Assembly (NCBI GenBank): GCA_965263235.1
Contig: OZ253667.1
Location: 642,189 to 706,188 of the forward strand
DNA from: Pseudomonadales bacterium
Lineage (GTDB): Bacteria; Pseudomonadota; Gammaproteobacteria; Pseudomonadales; UBA7434
DNA length: 64,000 bases
Reading direction: 5' to 3'
Shown here: positions 35,001 to 42,209 of the stretch, in pieces
Layout: every line of letters starts with the position of its first letter
Position numbering within the stretch: the stretch's first letter is position 1
Position numbers and translations under genes: made by a program
Notes under the pieces: model-generated
The model's input: the letters and a program-made list of their open reading frames with translations, nothing else
Told to the model about the DNA's origin: nothing
Database searches by the model: none

Positions 35001-36376
35001 GCTCGGAAGAAGAGTTTGATATTCAATCTAATGACCCTTCTCTGGCTTTGCCAAACTTTATGCCCGATACCGCGAGCTTTATGAATCAGGCGCAGGAAAA
35101 CCATTTAGTTAAGTTTTATGCAGAGCGAGTGTCTAACAATACCGTTCGTGACAGCAATGGCGAGGAAATTACTGCCTATCGGGAAGGCGGTTTTTTTAGT
35201 TCTTCGACACTGTTAGCAGGAGCCAACGGCGATTGTTTGTTGCTTACTGGTGTGCAAACTGAGCGTGCCGACGGTTCGCCAGACCGACGATTTAGATTAA
35301 GAGACTCTAGCGTTGTGTCTAGTAATCCAGCTAGTTGTTATCCGCCTTCGTCGGTAGCTGTTGTCAGTGGTACACCTGAAGTCGGTGAATCATTAAGTCT
35401 TAGCGCAACCGCAATGGATAACAACGGCGTTCAAGTTGCGGGCCAAAGTCTTGTCGGATCGTTTATTTCATACAGTAACGTTCAAGGCGCGAACGTATTT
35501 GCAGCGATGGATATTGATGGAGAGGGTGCAGCGGCAACGCAAACGCTAAGCTTTAATTCAATAGATATAACCGGCCAAACCAATTTGGAATTCTCGGCTT
35601 ATTTTGCAGAAGATGACGACGGATCTAATCAGGACTGGGATGCTTCAGATGCTTTCCTTGCTGAATATCGGATTGATGGTGGCGCCTGGCAAAACCTGTT
35701 TGCTATCCGCAATGACGGTTCTCCCTTCAACGCGGCTCCCCAGGTCGATACGGATTTTAACGCTATAGGCGATGGGACTGAAATTACCGATACGCTTACA
35801 CAGTTTATCCAGCCAATTGTCGGTACGGGTTCTTCCCTGGAAGTGCGTTTTACATTGACACTCAACTCAGGGGATGAGGATATTGCTTTCGACAACGTTG
35901 AGGTTACAGCTGATTCTGGTCAACTGTTTATCGAAGATTTTGAGGATGCATCGGTTAATTACAGTACTTCAATCGCAGAATTTAGTGATGGTTCAGGAGA
36001 TTTTTTTACTCGTACGGGCATCGGTTCTGGAAGTAATACGCAGCTGACGGGTACGGTGACTCAGATAGAGTTTTTCTATGTGCTTAACGGTGGTTCTCCT
36101 GTTTCGATCGGCGTTGATGCGAACGACGTAGATGGCTGGTCGGTTGATTTTATTCCAGCGAACGCTGGAGAGTACGAGTTTTACAGTGTTGCTACGGATG
36201 ATGATGGCAACGTTGAATGGTCGCCTGTTTATGCAGACCAGAGCTTAACTGTTAGTGAGTCACAGCTTGAGGTTCAGGTGCCTGCCCTGCCATATGCTGG
36301 TGTGCTCTTGTTGCTGGCTGGTTTAACGTTAACTACAGCGTCACGCAAGCGTTTTAATTCTGTCAGCGAACACTGA
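32099..36376 (+). CDS. secreted multidomain metallophosphatase/5'-nucleotidase with C-terminal PEP-CTERM-like anchor
   Basis: 1425 aa with a signal peptide (...LFTSNAFA/RF). Calcineurin-like motifs are present (IIHTNDMHSRL, DAGDISEG, GNHD, SHIGH, SGHWHT), as is a 5'-nucleotidase C-terminal-like region (GGGIRRDL...YREIYEAYPW). The C-terminus is VPALPYAGVLLLLAGLTLTTASRKR. Confidence 0.8.
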   Translation: MQISNTAVFVSFLSIASLLFTSNAFARFKDIVASADAHIASAQAGAVFGTNSSLFLQKGDAGDAFGDEHVWLQFDLSEQIPDSATISEATVRFYIWRDQNDNADLAIEAIGVEDNWDETNLSWTSAQSVTVLDMTPASGNLASTATLKQSHEFLWYELDVTDFVVDQFANDVTKKISVALQIDSGVAVPATDIQFRANSTEFDPGDIALGTFAPRLRVEYSGAWPTSANDITIIHTNDMHSRLNTHDLDFPDADGEAPAYEEAGGAQNVAAKVVELKQANPNALVLDAGDISEGGPLGDLRGNGGTVDYFQILNSALVGLGGRGIDGIVVGNHDVREAAMLDNMRNPDGDTLINGWINSGDPTSFSGFDTFNDPAITDPNDVPYLAVNLLTEGASIPSPADWPIELPYRPFNFITMPDGTNVAVLGYLTDDSAVLTAETENLIDVKETVWTDSDTNTVDLKDWVEYLRNTKNADVVVLLSHIGHRRLNATTQPLLGYDGDVAPPDVVVSGHWHTWTRTAWQPSNLNYLTTNVEAASYGQYVGELTITPKGRYLNATKHAMKVADIVIPVSGAVRDVYDDVNQLLADLNTEYNNQTAADAEHDPCVLVEEGHLTAAQVQVGFPAFSAGDNCPLDLVVGQSLVDLNLDKDKWNTLSEFPWSGDNTAGGWITDGMVWKVEDLGLVADLAFQTGGGIRRDLAAGDLTYREIYEAYPWDDDGMVRVQMTSEQVVDFIEDKFVGASVSSRWQIVATDGQVDSVSVDTDSNGSFETVLDRTDAVTTWNVVISEYMYENEDFISESTGSSQTFDQIDPTPEFIDENGNISGTLPASPLEIRNSVIEYTHLNSPIDVNGPRYVLNTEIAGEFEAVVTMVNDMEDQPYFEAVFVRLLNPTSETLARRNLPGDDWGLDGLLNEDGSFVDGHRFTETMLYRSHLGFPDGYLQVGDVLTIKGEFGFFNGNPQFVDQEGILSSEEEFDIQSNDPSLALPNFMPDTASFMNQAQENHLVKFYAERVSNNTVRDSNGEEITAYREGGFFSSSTLLAGANGDCLLLTGVQTERADGSPDRRFRLRDSSVVSSNPASCYPPSSVAVVSGTPEVGESLSLSATAMDNNGVQVAGQSLVGSFISYSNVQGANVFAAMDIDGEGAAATQTLSFNSIDITGQTNLEFSAYFAEDDDGSNQDWDASDAFLAEYRIDGGAWQNLFAIRNDGSPFNAAPQVDTDFNAIGDGTEITDTLTQFIQPIVGTGSSLEVRFTLTLNSGDEDIAFDNVEVTADSGQLFIEDFEDASVNYSTSIAEFSDGSGDFFTRTGIGSGSNTQLTGTVTQIEFFYVLNGGSPVSIGVDANDVDGWSVDFIPANAGEYEFYSVATDDDGNVEWSPVYADQSLTVSESQLEVQVPALPYAGVLLLLAGLTLTTASRKRFNSVSEH

Positions 36377-36479
36377 GATTATAAATCGCGTAGGTTTATT
36401 TCCCCTTTTTATTTGAATGGTTGTTTCGATTTTTTTGGTCGATATTGGTGTGCTAAAAAGTAGCCTGGAGTTATTTGAA

Positions 36480-37205
36480 ATGAATACAAAGCAAGTTTTA
36501 TTTGGAATTACGCTTGGTAGTTTGGTCATGCAATCTCATGCAGCGATCGTAGGCTTTACAAGTTTTGAAGAGCCTTCAACTGGAGGCAAGTACACCGATG
36601 CAGATACATCAAGCCATGCGTTAAGCAACGTAGCTGGGCTAGCTGATGTGGTTTATGCCTCAACGGGTTCAGAGCTTGGATTTTCCGCGTTCTTTACTAG
36701 TACTGGGGGATCTGGCCTGTCAGACGACGACTTTATTGGTGTTACTAGCTTTACGGGCGCAGTCGGAAGTTTTAGCGATGGAAGCCAGGGCTATCAGCTT
36801 TCAGATACTGATGGAATAGTAACAGTCACAACTGACAGTGTGGCGTTACTAGATGGTTTGAGCAGCGTCTCTATTGACTTCTTTCTGGACACAACGGGGT
36901 ATGAGTCAACTGACAGGACTCGTATATGGGCAGAAGTTGATGGCGGCGTAGAAATTGACCTGTTAAATACTGCTGGCAGCGATATAAATGATTTGGGCAT
37001 AGAAGGCAGTTGGCTCACAGTGACGGCGGATTTAACTGGGTACACCAGTGCTCAATTACATTTTGAAGCCGAGTTTAACGCCGCATCCGAAACAATTTAT
37101 TTTGACAATGTAGTTTTCGATTCTGTTGCTGCCGTGCCTGTGCCAGCCGCAGCCTGGCTATTTATTTCTGCGTTGAGTGGCATGGTTGTGGTTCGACGTA
37201 AATAG
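36480..37205 (+). CDS. secreted protein with VPxPA/PEP-CTERM-like sorting tag
   Basis: The ORF is open from 36417, but the ATG at 36480 gives a clean signal peptide, MNTKQVLFGITLGSLVMQSHA/A. The C-terminus is VPVPAAAWLFISALSGMVVVRRK. The body resembles the C-terminal beta-rich domain of the upstream 1425-aa protein (..IYFDNVVF vs ..IAFDNVEV). Confidence 0.65.
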   Translation: MNTKQVLFGITLGSLVMQSHAAIVGFTSFEEPSTGGKYTDADTSSHALSNVAGLADVVYASTGSELGFSAFFTSTGGSGLSDDDFIGVTSFTGAVGSFSDGSQGYQLSDTDGIVTVTTDSVALLDGLSSVSIDFFLDTTGYESTDRTRIWAEVDGGVEIDLLNTAGSDINDLGIEGSWLTVTADLTGYTSAQLHFEAEFNAASETIYFDNVVFDSVAAVPVPAAAWLFISALSGMVVVRRK

Positions 37206-37479
37206 GGTTGCCCATTTGCTAGCGATAACAAATGTCTCGATTAATTGTTGTGAGCGAACAGAGGTTTGATTAATAAGTGATCAGCAGTCATAAAACCTTC
37301 TTAAGGCTGTTATTTACACAGTTAATTTCTTGGGATAGCATCTGAGTCCCAAGTTTTAGAGCGGCGGGCAAGCAAAAAATAAATGCGAGTCTGCCGCTAA
37401 TAAGCGCTCTAATGTGACAAGTATGTTTTTAGTTAGCAGCAACTTCCGTTGATGTTGTTGCTGGCCCTGGAGTCTGGAA

Positions 37480-38295
37480 ATGATAATTAGAAGTTTCACA
37501 CGTGCTTTTGCGATAAGCGCGGTTGCATTGTCTGGTTTTGCCAGCTTTGACGCATTATCTTCAACTGTTAACCCATCTGGTACAGGTCTATTTGTAGAGC
37601 TGGCAGATGAGGCCGGGCAGATTTTTGATGTTTGGGCTACGCCAGATTGGAATTCTCAAAGCCCATCGGATCAGGTGCCAGTCACTGGAATGTTGCAGGG
37701 TATAGGCACCGAAGGCGATATAGATTTTAGTTGGGATGTTAAGTACAACCCTGACCCATTTTTGCTGGTGACTTTTACGCTCAAAAACCTTTCGGCAAAT
37801 ACAAAAACATTTAGCTTGAATAGTAGTGTTCCCGTTTCTCCAGCAATACCCGGCGCCGTTTACTATGGAGGTTCATTGATCACTACGGTAAGTGATACGA
37901 GTAATGACGGTTTCGCACAGGTGGCAGGAGTTTCCGGTGGTGCAATTTTTGATGGAATGATTGATAGCGCATCCACTTTATTGCTAGGCGCAATATCGAC
38001 CAGTTGTGCGTCCGGTGGTGGTGGATGTACAAATACAACCTCAGACAGTGAAGGCTTAGCGGTAGCACCAGTAAATGTTGGAGATCCGCTTCCTTTACCA
38101 TCGTTACTCGACAATTCCTTGAGCGCTCTGACAGGTCCTTCAACTGATATTGGAATTGATCTGGACTTTACCCTTACCAGTGGAGATACGGCTACCTTTG
38201 TTGGCTATTTTGAAGTGCAAGCAGTTCCAGTACCAGCCGCAGCCTGGCTGTTTATGTCTTCGGTTATTGGTTTGATGGCCCTTCGGCGAAAATAA
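37480..38295 (+). CDS. secreted protein with VPxPA/PEP-CTERM-like sorting tag
   Basis: 271 aa with a signal peptide (...FASFDALS/ST). The C-terminus is VPVPAAAWLFMSSVIGLMALRRK. Confidence 0.65.
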   Translation: MIIRSFTRAFAISAVALSGFASFDALSSTVNPSGTGLFVELADEAGQIFDVWATPDWNSQSPSDQVPVTGMLQGIGTEGDIDFSWDVKYNPDPFLLVTFTLKNLSANTKTFSLNSSVPVSPAIPGAVYYGGSLITTVSDTSNDGFAQVAGVSGGAIFDGMIDSASTLLLGAISTSCASGGGGCTNTTSDSEGLAVAPVNVGDPLPLPSLLDNSLSALTGPSTDIGIDLDFTLTSGDTATFVGYFEVQAVPVPAAAWLFMSSVIGLMALRRK

Positions 38296-38316
38296 TTTTT
38301 ATATTTGTAAGCTCGA

Positions 38317-38344
38317 AAGCCCCGCAAAAAAGCGGGGCTTTTTG
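38317..38344 (+). terminator. rho-independent terminator
   Basis: The hairpin aaagccccgc-aaaaaa-gcggggcttt is followed by a T-run. Confidence 0.75.
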
Positions 38345-38577
38345 TATTAAAGGCAGTAACATTCAGGATATTTGAAGCGTTTGCAATATAACCTATTGAT
38401 TTTAAAAATATAAAAATAATTAGAACAATCGTTGAGCCCCCAGGCGAGCGCCTTCAAATTGATCTTCTAGTCATGTTTTTGGCAATTTAATTCGAGATTG
38501 GCCAGCCAAATACAGGCTTGCCATATATATTAGTATATGCTAAATTAGATATTACTTAATTTACGAGGCTCATATTT

Positions 38578-38898
38578 ATGGTTGATCTTGCGGCATTGTC
38601 AGAGCTGGAGGAAAACGCGAAGGCAGCGTCTGACTTGATGAAAGAGCTTTCTAACGAGTATCGCTTGATGATTCTTTGCTCGTTGGCTGGCGGCGAGTTG
38701 TCGGTGGGGCAGATCAACGATTTGATGCCGCTCAGCCAGTCTGCGGTGTCTCAGCATCTTGCAAGGTTGCGAGCATCCCAACTGGTCGCAACCAGACGAG
38801 AGTCGCAGTCGATTTTTTATCGCCTTAACGGCGACGCAGCTATTCGGGTGATCGAAGTCTTGCAGTCTATTTACTGCCCAGATCTAAAGACCGGTTGA
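38578..38898 (+). CDS. ArsR/SmtB-family regulator, BigR/SqrR-like (persulfide-sensing type)
   Basis: 106 aa with the wHTH LSVGQINDLMPLSQSAVSQHLARLR. Two Cys residues (C34 in ILCSL, C100 in IYCPD) sit where BigR/SqrR carry their redox pair. It is the first gene of a sulfur-stress operon. Confidence 0.8.
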   Translation: MVDLAALSELEENAKAASDLMKELSNEYRLMILCSLAGGELSVGQINDLMPLSQSAVSQHLARLRASQLVATRRESQSIFYRLNGDAAIRVIEVLQSIYCPDLKTG

Positions 38899-38957
38899 TT
38901 TCCAAGGCGGCTCCCAGCTGAGCTGCTCATACAAGCACAAGCCTACAGGAGGAAATA

Positions 38958-39476
38958 ATGAGCGTATCCATTAGTGCTGAAAACTTCAAAGAGCTTTATA
39001 GCCAGGGAGGTATACAGGTGCTCGACGTCAGGACTCGTGTAGAGACGAGTACACAGTCAATTTCCGGTGCTCTCCACGTGCCGCTAGATGAGCTTAACTC
39101 TTCCGAGGCTCTGGAGCAGTTGGCAAAGATTCAAGGAGAGCTCTATCTGTTATGCAAAAGCGGTAAGCGTGCGGGTATGGCGAGGAATCAATTGTCGGAG
39201 AAGATTGGCGCCAAACTGACTGTCATTGATGGCGGCATTGATGCCCTGGCTAACTGCGGGTTAAAGACGCGCTCGAGTAACTCTGTCTGGAGCCTTGAGC
39301 GGCAAGTTAGATTTACCGCGGGGATGATAGTTGTCATCGGCTGTTTAGTGGCACTTTTTGCCGCGCCAGGTGCGGTGTGGATACCACTTTTGGTCGGCTG
39401 TGGTTTGATGCTAGCCGCGGCAACAGATAGTTGCGCCATGGGCTTGTTGTTAGCACGAATGCCCTGGAACCGTTAA
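38958..39476 (+). CDS. rhodanese domain protein with C-terminal DUF2892 membrane domain (YgaP-like)
   Basis: 172 aa with the rhodanese active-site loop CKSGKRAG. The C-terminus has two TM helices ending ...CAMGLLLARMPWN. Confidence 0.8.
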   Translation: MSVSISAENFKELYSQGGIQVLDVRTRVETSTQSISGALHVPLDELNSSEALEQLAKIQGELYLLCKSGKRAGMARNQLSEKIGAKLTVIDGGIDALANCGLKTRSSNSVWSLERQVRFTAGMIVVIGCLVALFAAPGAVWIPLLVGCGLMLAAATDSCAMGLLLARMPWNR

Positions 39477-39492
39477 ATAGTAAGCTAACGAA

Positions 39493-40335
39493 ATGCTTAT
39501 ATTCGCGGTTGGTATCTGTATTGGGCTGGTATTGGGGCTTACGGGCGCTGGAGGATCGGCGCTGGCAGTGCCGCTTCTGGTTATTCTTGCTGGGCTCCCG
39601 GTTCAGGACGCAGTAGGTATAGCGCTATTGGCAGTTGCGGTAAGTGCGGCTTTGGGTGCGATCCAGTCGCTAAGGGTCGGTGCCGTATTAAGAAATCCCG
39701 CTATTGTGCTTGCTATTTCGGGCGCACTTTTTGCGCCGATAGGTAATGCCGTCGGGTCGAATATTAGTCCTGAGTTGTTAGCTACGCTGTTTGCCGCCCT
39801 CGCTCTGGTGATTGCGATTCGGTTGTTTGTGCAGGCGCTAAAATCGGCGGATGAAGACATCGTTGTTCGAGCGGGTATAAGTGATCGCTATAACGCTGTC
39901 GAACCGATTTGCCGGATGAACTCAAGTGGCTCTGGTTTTGAATGGAGGCCCCGCTGCGTTGGATCGTTAGCGGCAGGCGGTACCGCGGTGGGCTTTCTGG
40001 CTGGGTTGTTTGGTGTTGGTGGGGGTTTTCTTATTGTTCCTTTGTTGTTGTATCTCACTAACACTTCGATGCATCAAATCGTCGGCACCTCTCTTGTTGT
40101 TATCACGCTGACAAGTGCGACAGCTTTTTTGGCTTATCTTTTGCGGACGTCTATTGAAGAGCGCGATGCGTTGATTCTTGCTTCGGTGGGCGCTCTCGTC
40201 GGTATGAGCGTAAGTATAACCGTCGCGGGGAAAGTCCCCGGAATTCTGCTTCAAAAACTATTCGCGCTCACGCTCGTAGCTTTCGCCCTGTTGCTGCTAG
40301 CAAAATCAGCGACAGCTGTGTTGGGCAATCTCTAA
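39493..40335 (+). CDS. TauE/SafE family sulfite/anion exporter
   Basis: 280 aa, polytopic, with an internally duplicated 4-TM pattern (GLTGAGGSALAVPLL ... GLFGVGGGFLIVPLL). Confidence 0.85.
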   Translation: MLIFAVGICIGLVLGLTGAGGSALAVPLLVILAGLPVQDAVGIALLAVAVSAALGAIQSLRVGAVLRNPAIVLAISGALFAPIGNAVGSNISPELLATLFAALALVIAIRLFVQALKSADEDIVVRAGISDRYNAVEPICRMNSSGSGFEWRPRCVGSLAAGGTAVGFLAGLFGVGGGFLIVPLLLYLTNTSMHQIVGTSLVVITLTSATAFLAYLLRTSIEERDALILASVGALVGMSVSITVAGKVPGILLQKLFALTLVAFALLLLAKSATAVLGNL

Positions 40336-40355
40336 ATTAACTGGTGGACAAGGCA

Positions 40356-41054
40356 ATGATTTTTAGGCAACTGTATGATCTAGAATCCTCCACATATACT
40401 TATCTTTGTGGAGATGAGCAAACCAAAAAGGCGATTCTTATCGACCCGGTGATCGCCCAGACAGAAGTTTATCTGCAATTGTTAGAGCAACTTGGTCTTA
40501 GTCTGGATAAAGCGTTGGACACGCATACCCATGCGGATCATGTGACGGCGCTTGGGGAGTTGCGAGCAAGAACGGGTTGCACAACGATGATGGGAGAACA
40601 GTCAGAGGCTGATTGCGTCTCACTTAAGTTTTCTCATGATGATGAAATTTCAGCGGGAAATATAAGATTAAAGGCAATCTACACACCAGGGCACACGGAT
40701 GATTCCTATAGCTTTTTTACACAAGCCGAAGGGCAGGGTTATCTTTTTACAGGAGATACCTTGCTAATTCGTGGTACCGGCAGAACCGATTTTCAAAACG
40801 GAAGCGCTGCAGACCAGTACGACAGTATTTTCTCCAGGCTTTTGCAATACCCAGACGATACCCTGGTTTATCCAGGGCATGATTATAAAGGATGGACAGT
40901 TTCCACGATAGGTGAGGAGAGAGCACATAATCCGAGAATCAATGTGGAAGGATTGGCCGAGTATATAAGGTTAATGGATTCGCTAAATTTGCCCGATCCA
41001 AAATTGATGGATATCGCAGTTCCAGCCAATAAGGCCTGCGGTGCTAACGGTTAA
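40356..41054 (+). CDS. MBL-fold persulfide dioxygenase-like hydrolase (ETHE1/Blh type)
   Basis: It has the N-terminus MIFRQLYDLESSTYTYL, the metal motif THTHADH and GHTDDS. The ORF is open from a GTG at 40344, but the ATG at 40356 matches the usual N-terminus. Confidence 0.8.
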   Translation: MIFRQLYDLESSTYTYLCGDEQTKKAILIDPVIAQTEVYLQLLEQLGLSLDKALDTHTHADHVTALGELRARTGCTTMMGEQSEADCVSLKFSHDDEISAGNIRLKAIYTPGHTDDSYSFFTQAEGQGYLFTGDTLLIRGTGRTDFQNGSAADQYDSIFSRLLQYPDDTLVYPGHDYKGWTVSTIGEERAHNPRINVEGLAEYIRLMDSLNLPDPKLMDIAVPANKACGANG

Positions 41055-41089
41055 CATCAGGGCTTTTCTAGCTACCGAGGTATTTACAA

Positions 41090-41503
41090 GTGAAACCTGA
41101 AGGGCATTTTGTTGATTTAATTTTCCGCGTTTCCCTTAGCCTTATTTTTGTAATTGGGGGGCTGGGACATTTCGTTAGGCAGGAGTGGATGTTGCAGCGA
41201 TTAACGGATTCGCCGTGGTCAGATTGGGTGGAGGCGATTGGGAGTCCAGCCTTTTACCTCGAATTGTCCGGTGCGGTCATGATGGTCGCCGGGCTGTCTT
41301 TGCTATCAGGGTTTTATACCAAGCTAAGTGCGTTAGCACTTTTTGTCACGTTGGTGCCGATAACCTTTGTGATACATATTGCTCCCGATCACACCGGGCC
41401 ACTTTTTAAAAACGTGGCGATTTTGGGGGCGCTTCTGCACTTTGTTGTTTATGGTGCTTCCAACTACAGCGTTGATAGTGTTATCGCGAGTAAAAAGATA
41501 TAG
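41090..41503 (+). CDS. DoxX family membrane protein
   Basis: 137 aa with 4 TM helices, including LIFVIGGLGHF and the pattern LLHFVVYG. Confidence 0.7.
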   Translation: MKPEGHFVDLIFRVSLSLIFVIGGLGHFVRQEWMLQRLTDSPWSDWVEAIGSPAFYLELSGAVMMVAGLSLLSGFYTKLSALALFVTLVPITFVIHIAPDHTGPLFKNVAILGALLHFVVYGASNYSVDSVIASKKI

Positions 41504-41527
41504 CAGATAATTTGCTGAGGTAATGAT

Positions 41528-41758
41528 ATGAGTGCCAGGGTCCATGCGACAGTTAGTGAAGAGACGCCACTAACTTTTATGCAGCTATTTTGGAGCGTTC
41601 TTGCGGCAGCATTTGGTGTCCAGACCAATAGTAATCGCCGACGTGATTTTGAGCGTGGAAAGCCACTTCACTTTATTGCAATAGGGATTATTTTCACCAC
41701 GCTATTTGTGGTGTTGATGATTGTTATTGTGAGAGTCGTGCTTGGTTTGTATGTATGA
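41528..41758 (+). CDS. DUF2970 small membrane protein
   Basis: 76 aa. The pattern FWSVLAAAFGVQTNSNRRRDFERGKPLHFIAIGIIFT is typical of DUF2970. Confidence 0.6.
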   Translation: MSARVHATVSEETPLTFMQLFWSVLAAAFGVQTNSNRRRDFERGKPLHFIAIGIIFTTLFVVLMIVIVRVVLGLYV

Positions 41759-41789
41759 AGGCTTACAGGTGGCGATGCTGGATTAAAGT

Positions 41790-41958
41790 GGGAGTGTAGA
41801 AACAACCTCCTGTGTTTCACCCTTCGGGCGCCTTACGCGCGCGCTAAATCGCTCCAGGCATTTGGTGAACCCGCTTCTTGTATTCACCTGTCGCAAACCT
41901 CGGCCAATAAAAAACCCCAACCGGAAAACGGTTGAGGTTTGTTTATTGGTGGACGGCG
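41790..41958. repeat. left copy of a ~170-nt direct repeat (structured spacer, hairpin terminator and 12-nt ssrA 3'-end fragment)
   Basis: It aligns by eye with 47466-47637, with about 5 substitutions and 4 small indels. It ends tggtggacggcg, the complement of the tmRNA 3' terminus, then diverges. Confidence 0.85.
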
Positions 41959-42209
41959 ACAGTCTGATTTGAGTGGTAACTAATTGATAATAAAGGCTAT
42001 TCAATATCTGTCTTGTCATTGATACCCCCAAAAGTACCCCCAGCGGAAAGCATTTTAAGCTTGGTTAGAGCGATAATTAGGCAATTTTGCGAAGTTATTA
42101 AAAAACGCAATTTTTGAGAGGGTGAACAGCGTACTTGCAGAAATTGCTGTTTTTTCGCAAGTACAGTGCTAAGCTTGCGAGAAATAGCCAGTTTTCGAAA
42201 GTACATGCT

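Noticed and set aside
36417-36479. The upstream extension of the ORF at 36417 (MVVSIFLVDIGVLKSSLELFE).
   Set aside because: The internal ATG at 36480 yields a canonical signal peptide. The extension has no SD and would bury the signal sequence.
38400-38577. A possible BigR-type operator palindrome in the AT-rich leader (tatatattagtatatgctaaattagatat).
   Set aside because: Only a 4-5-bp imperfect inverted repeat (ttag...ctaa) is present. It cannot be distinguished from AT-rich background without a motif model.
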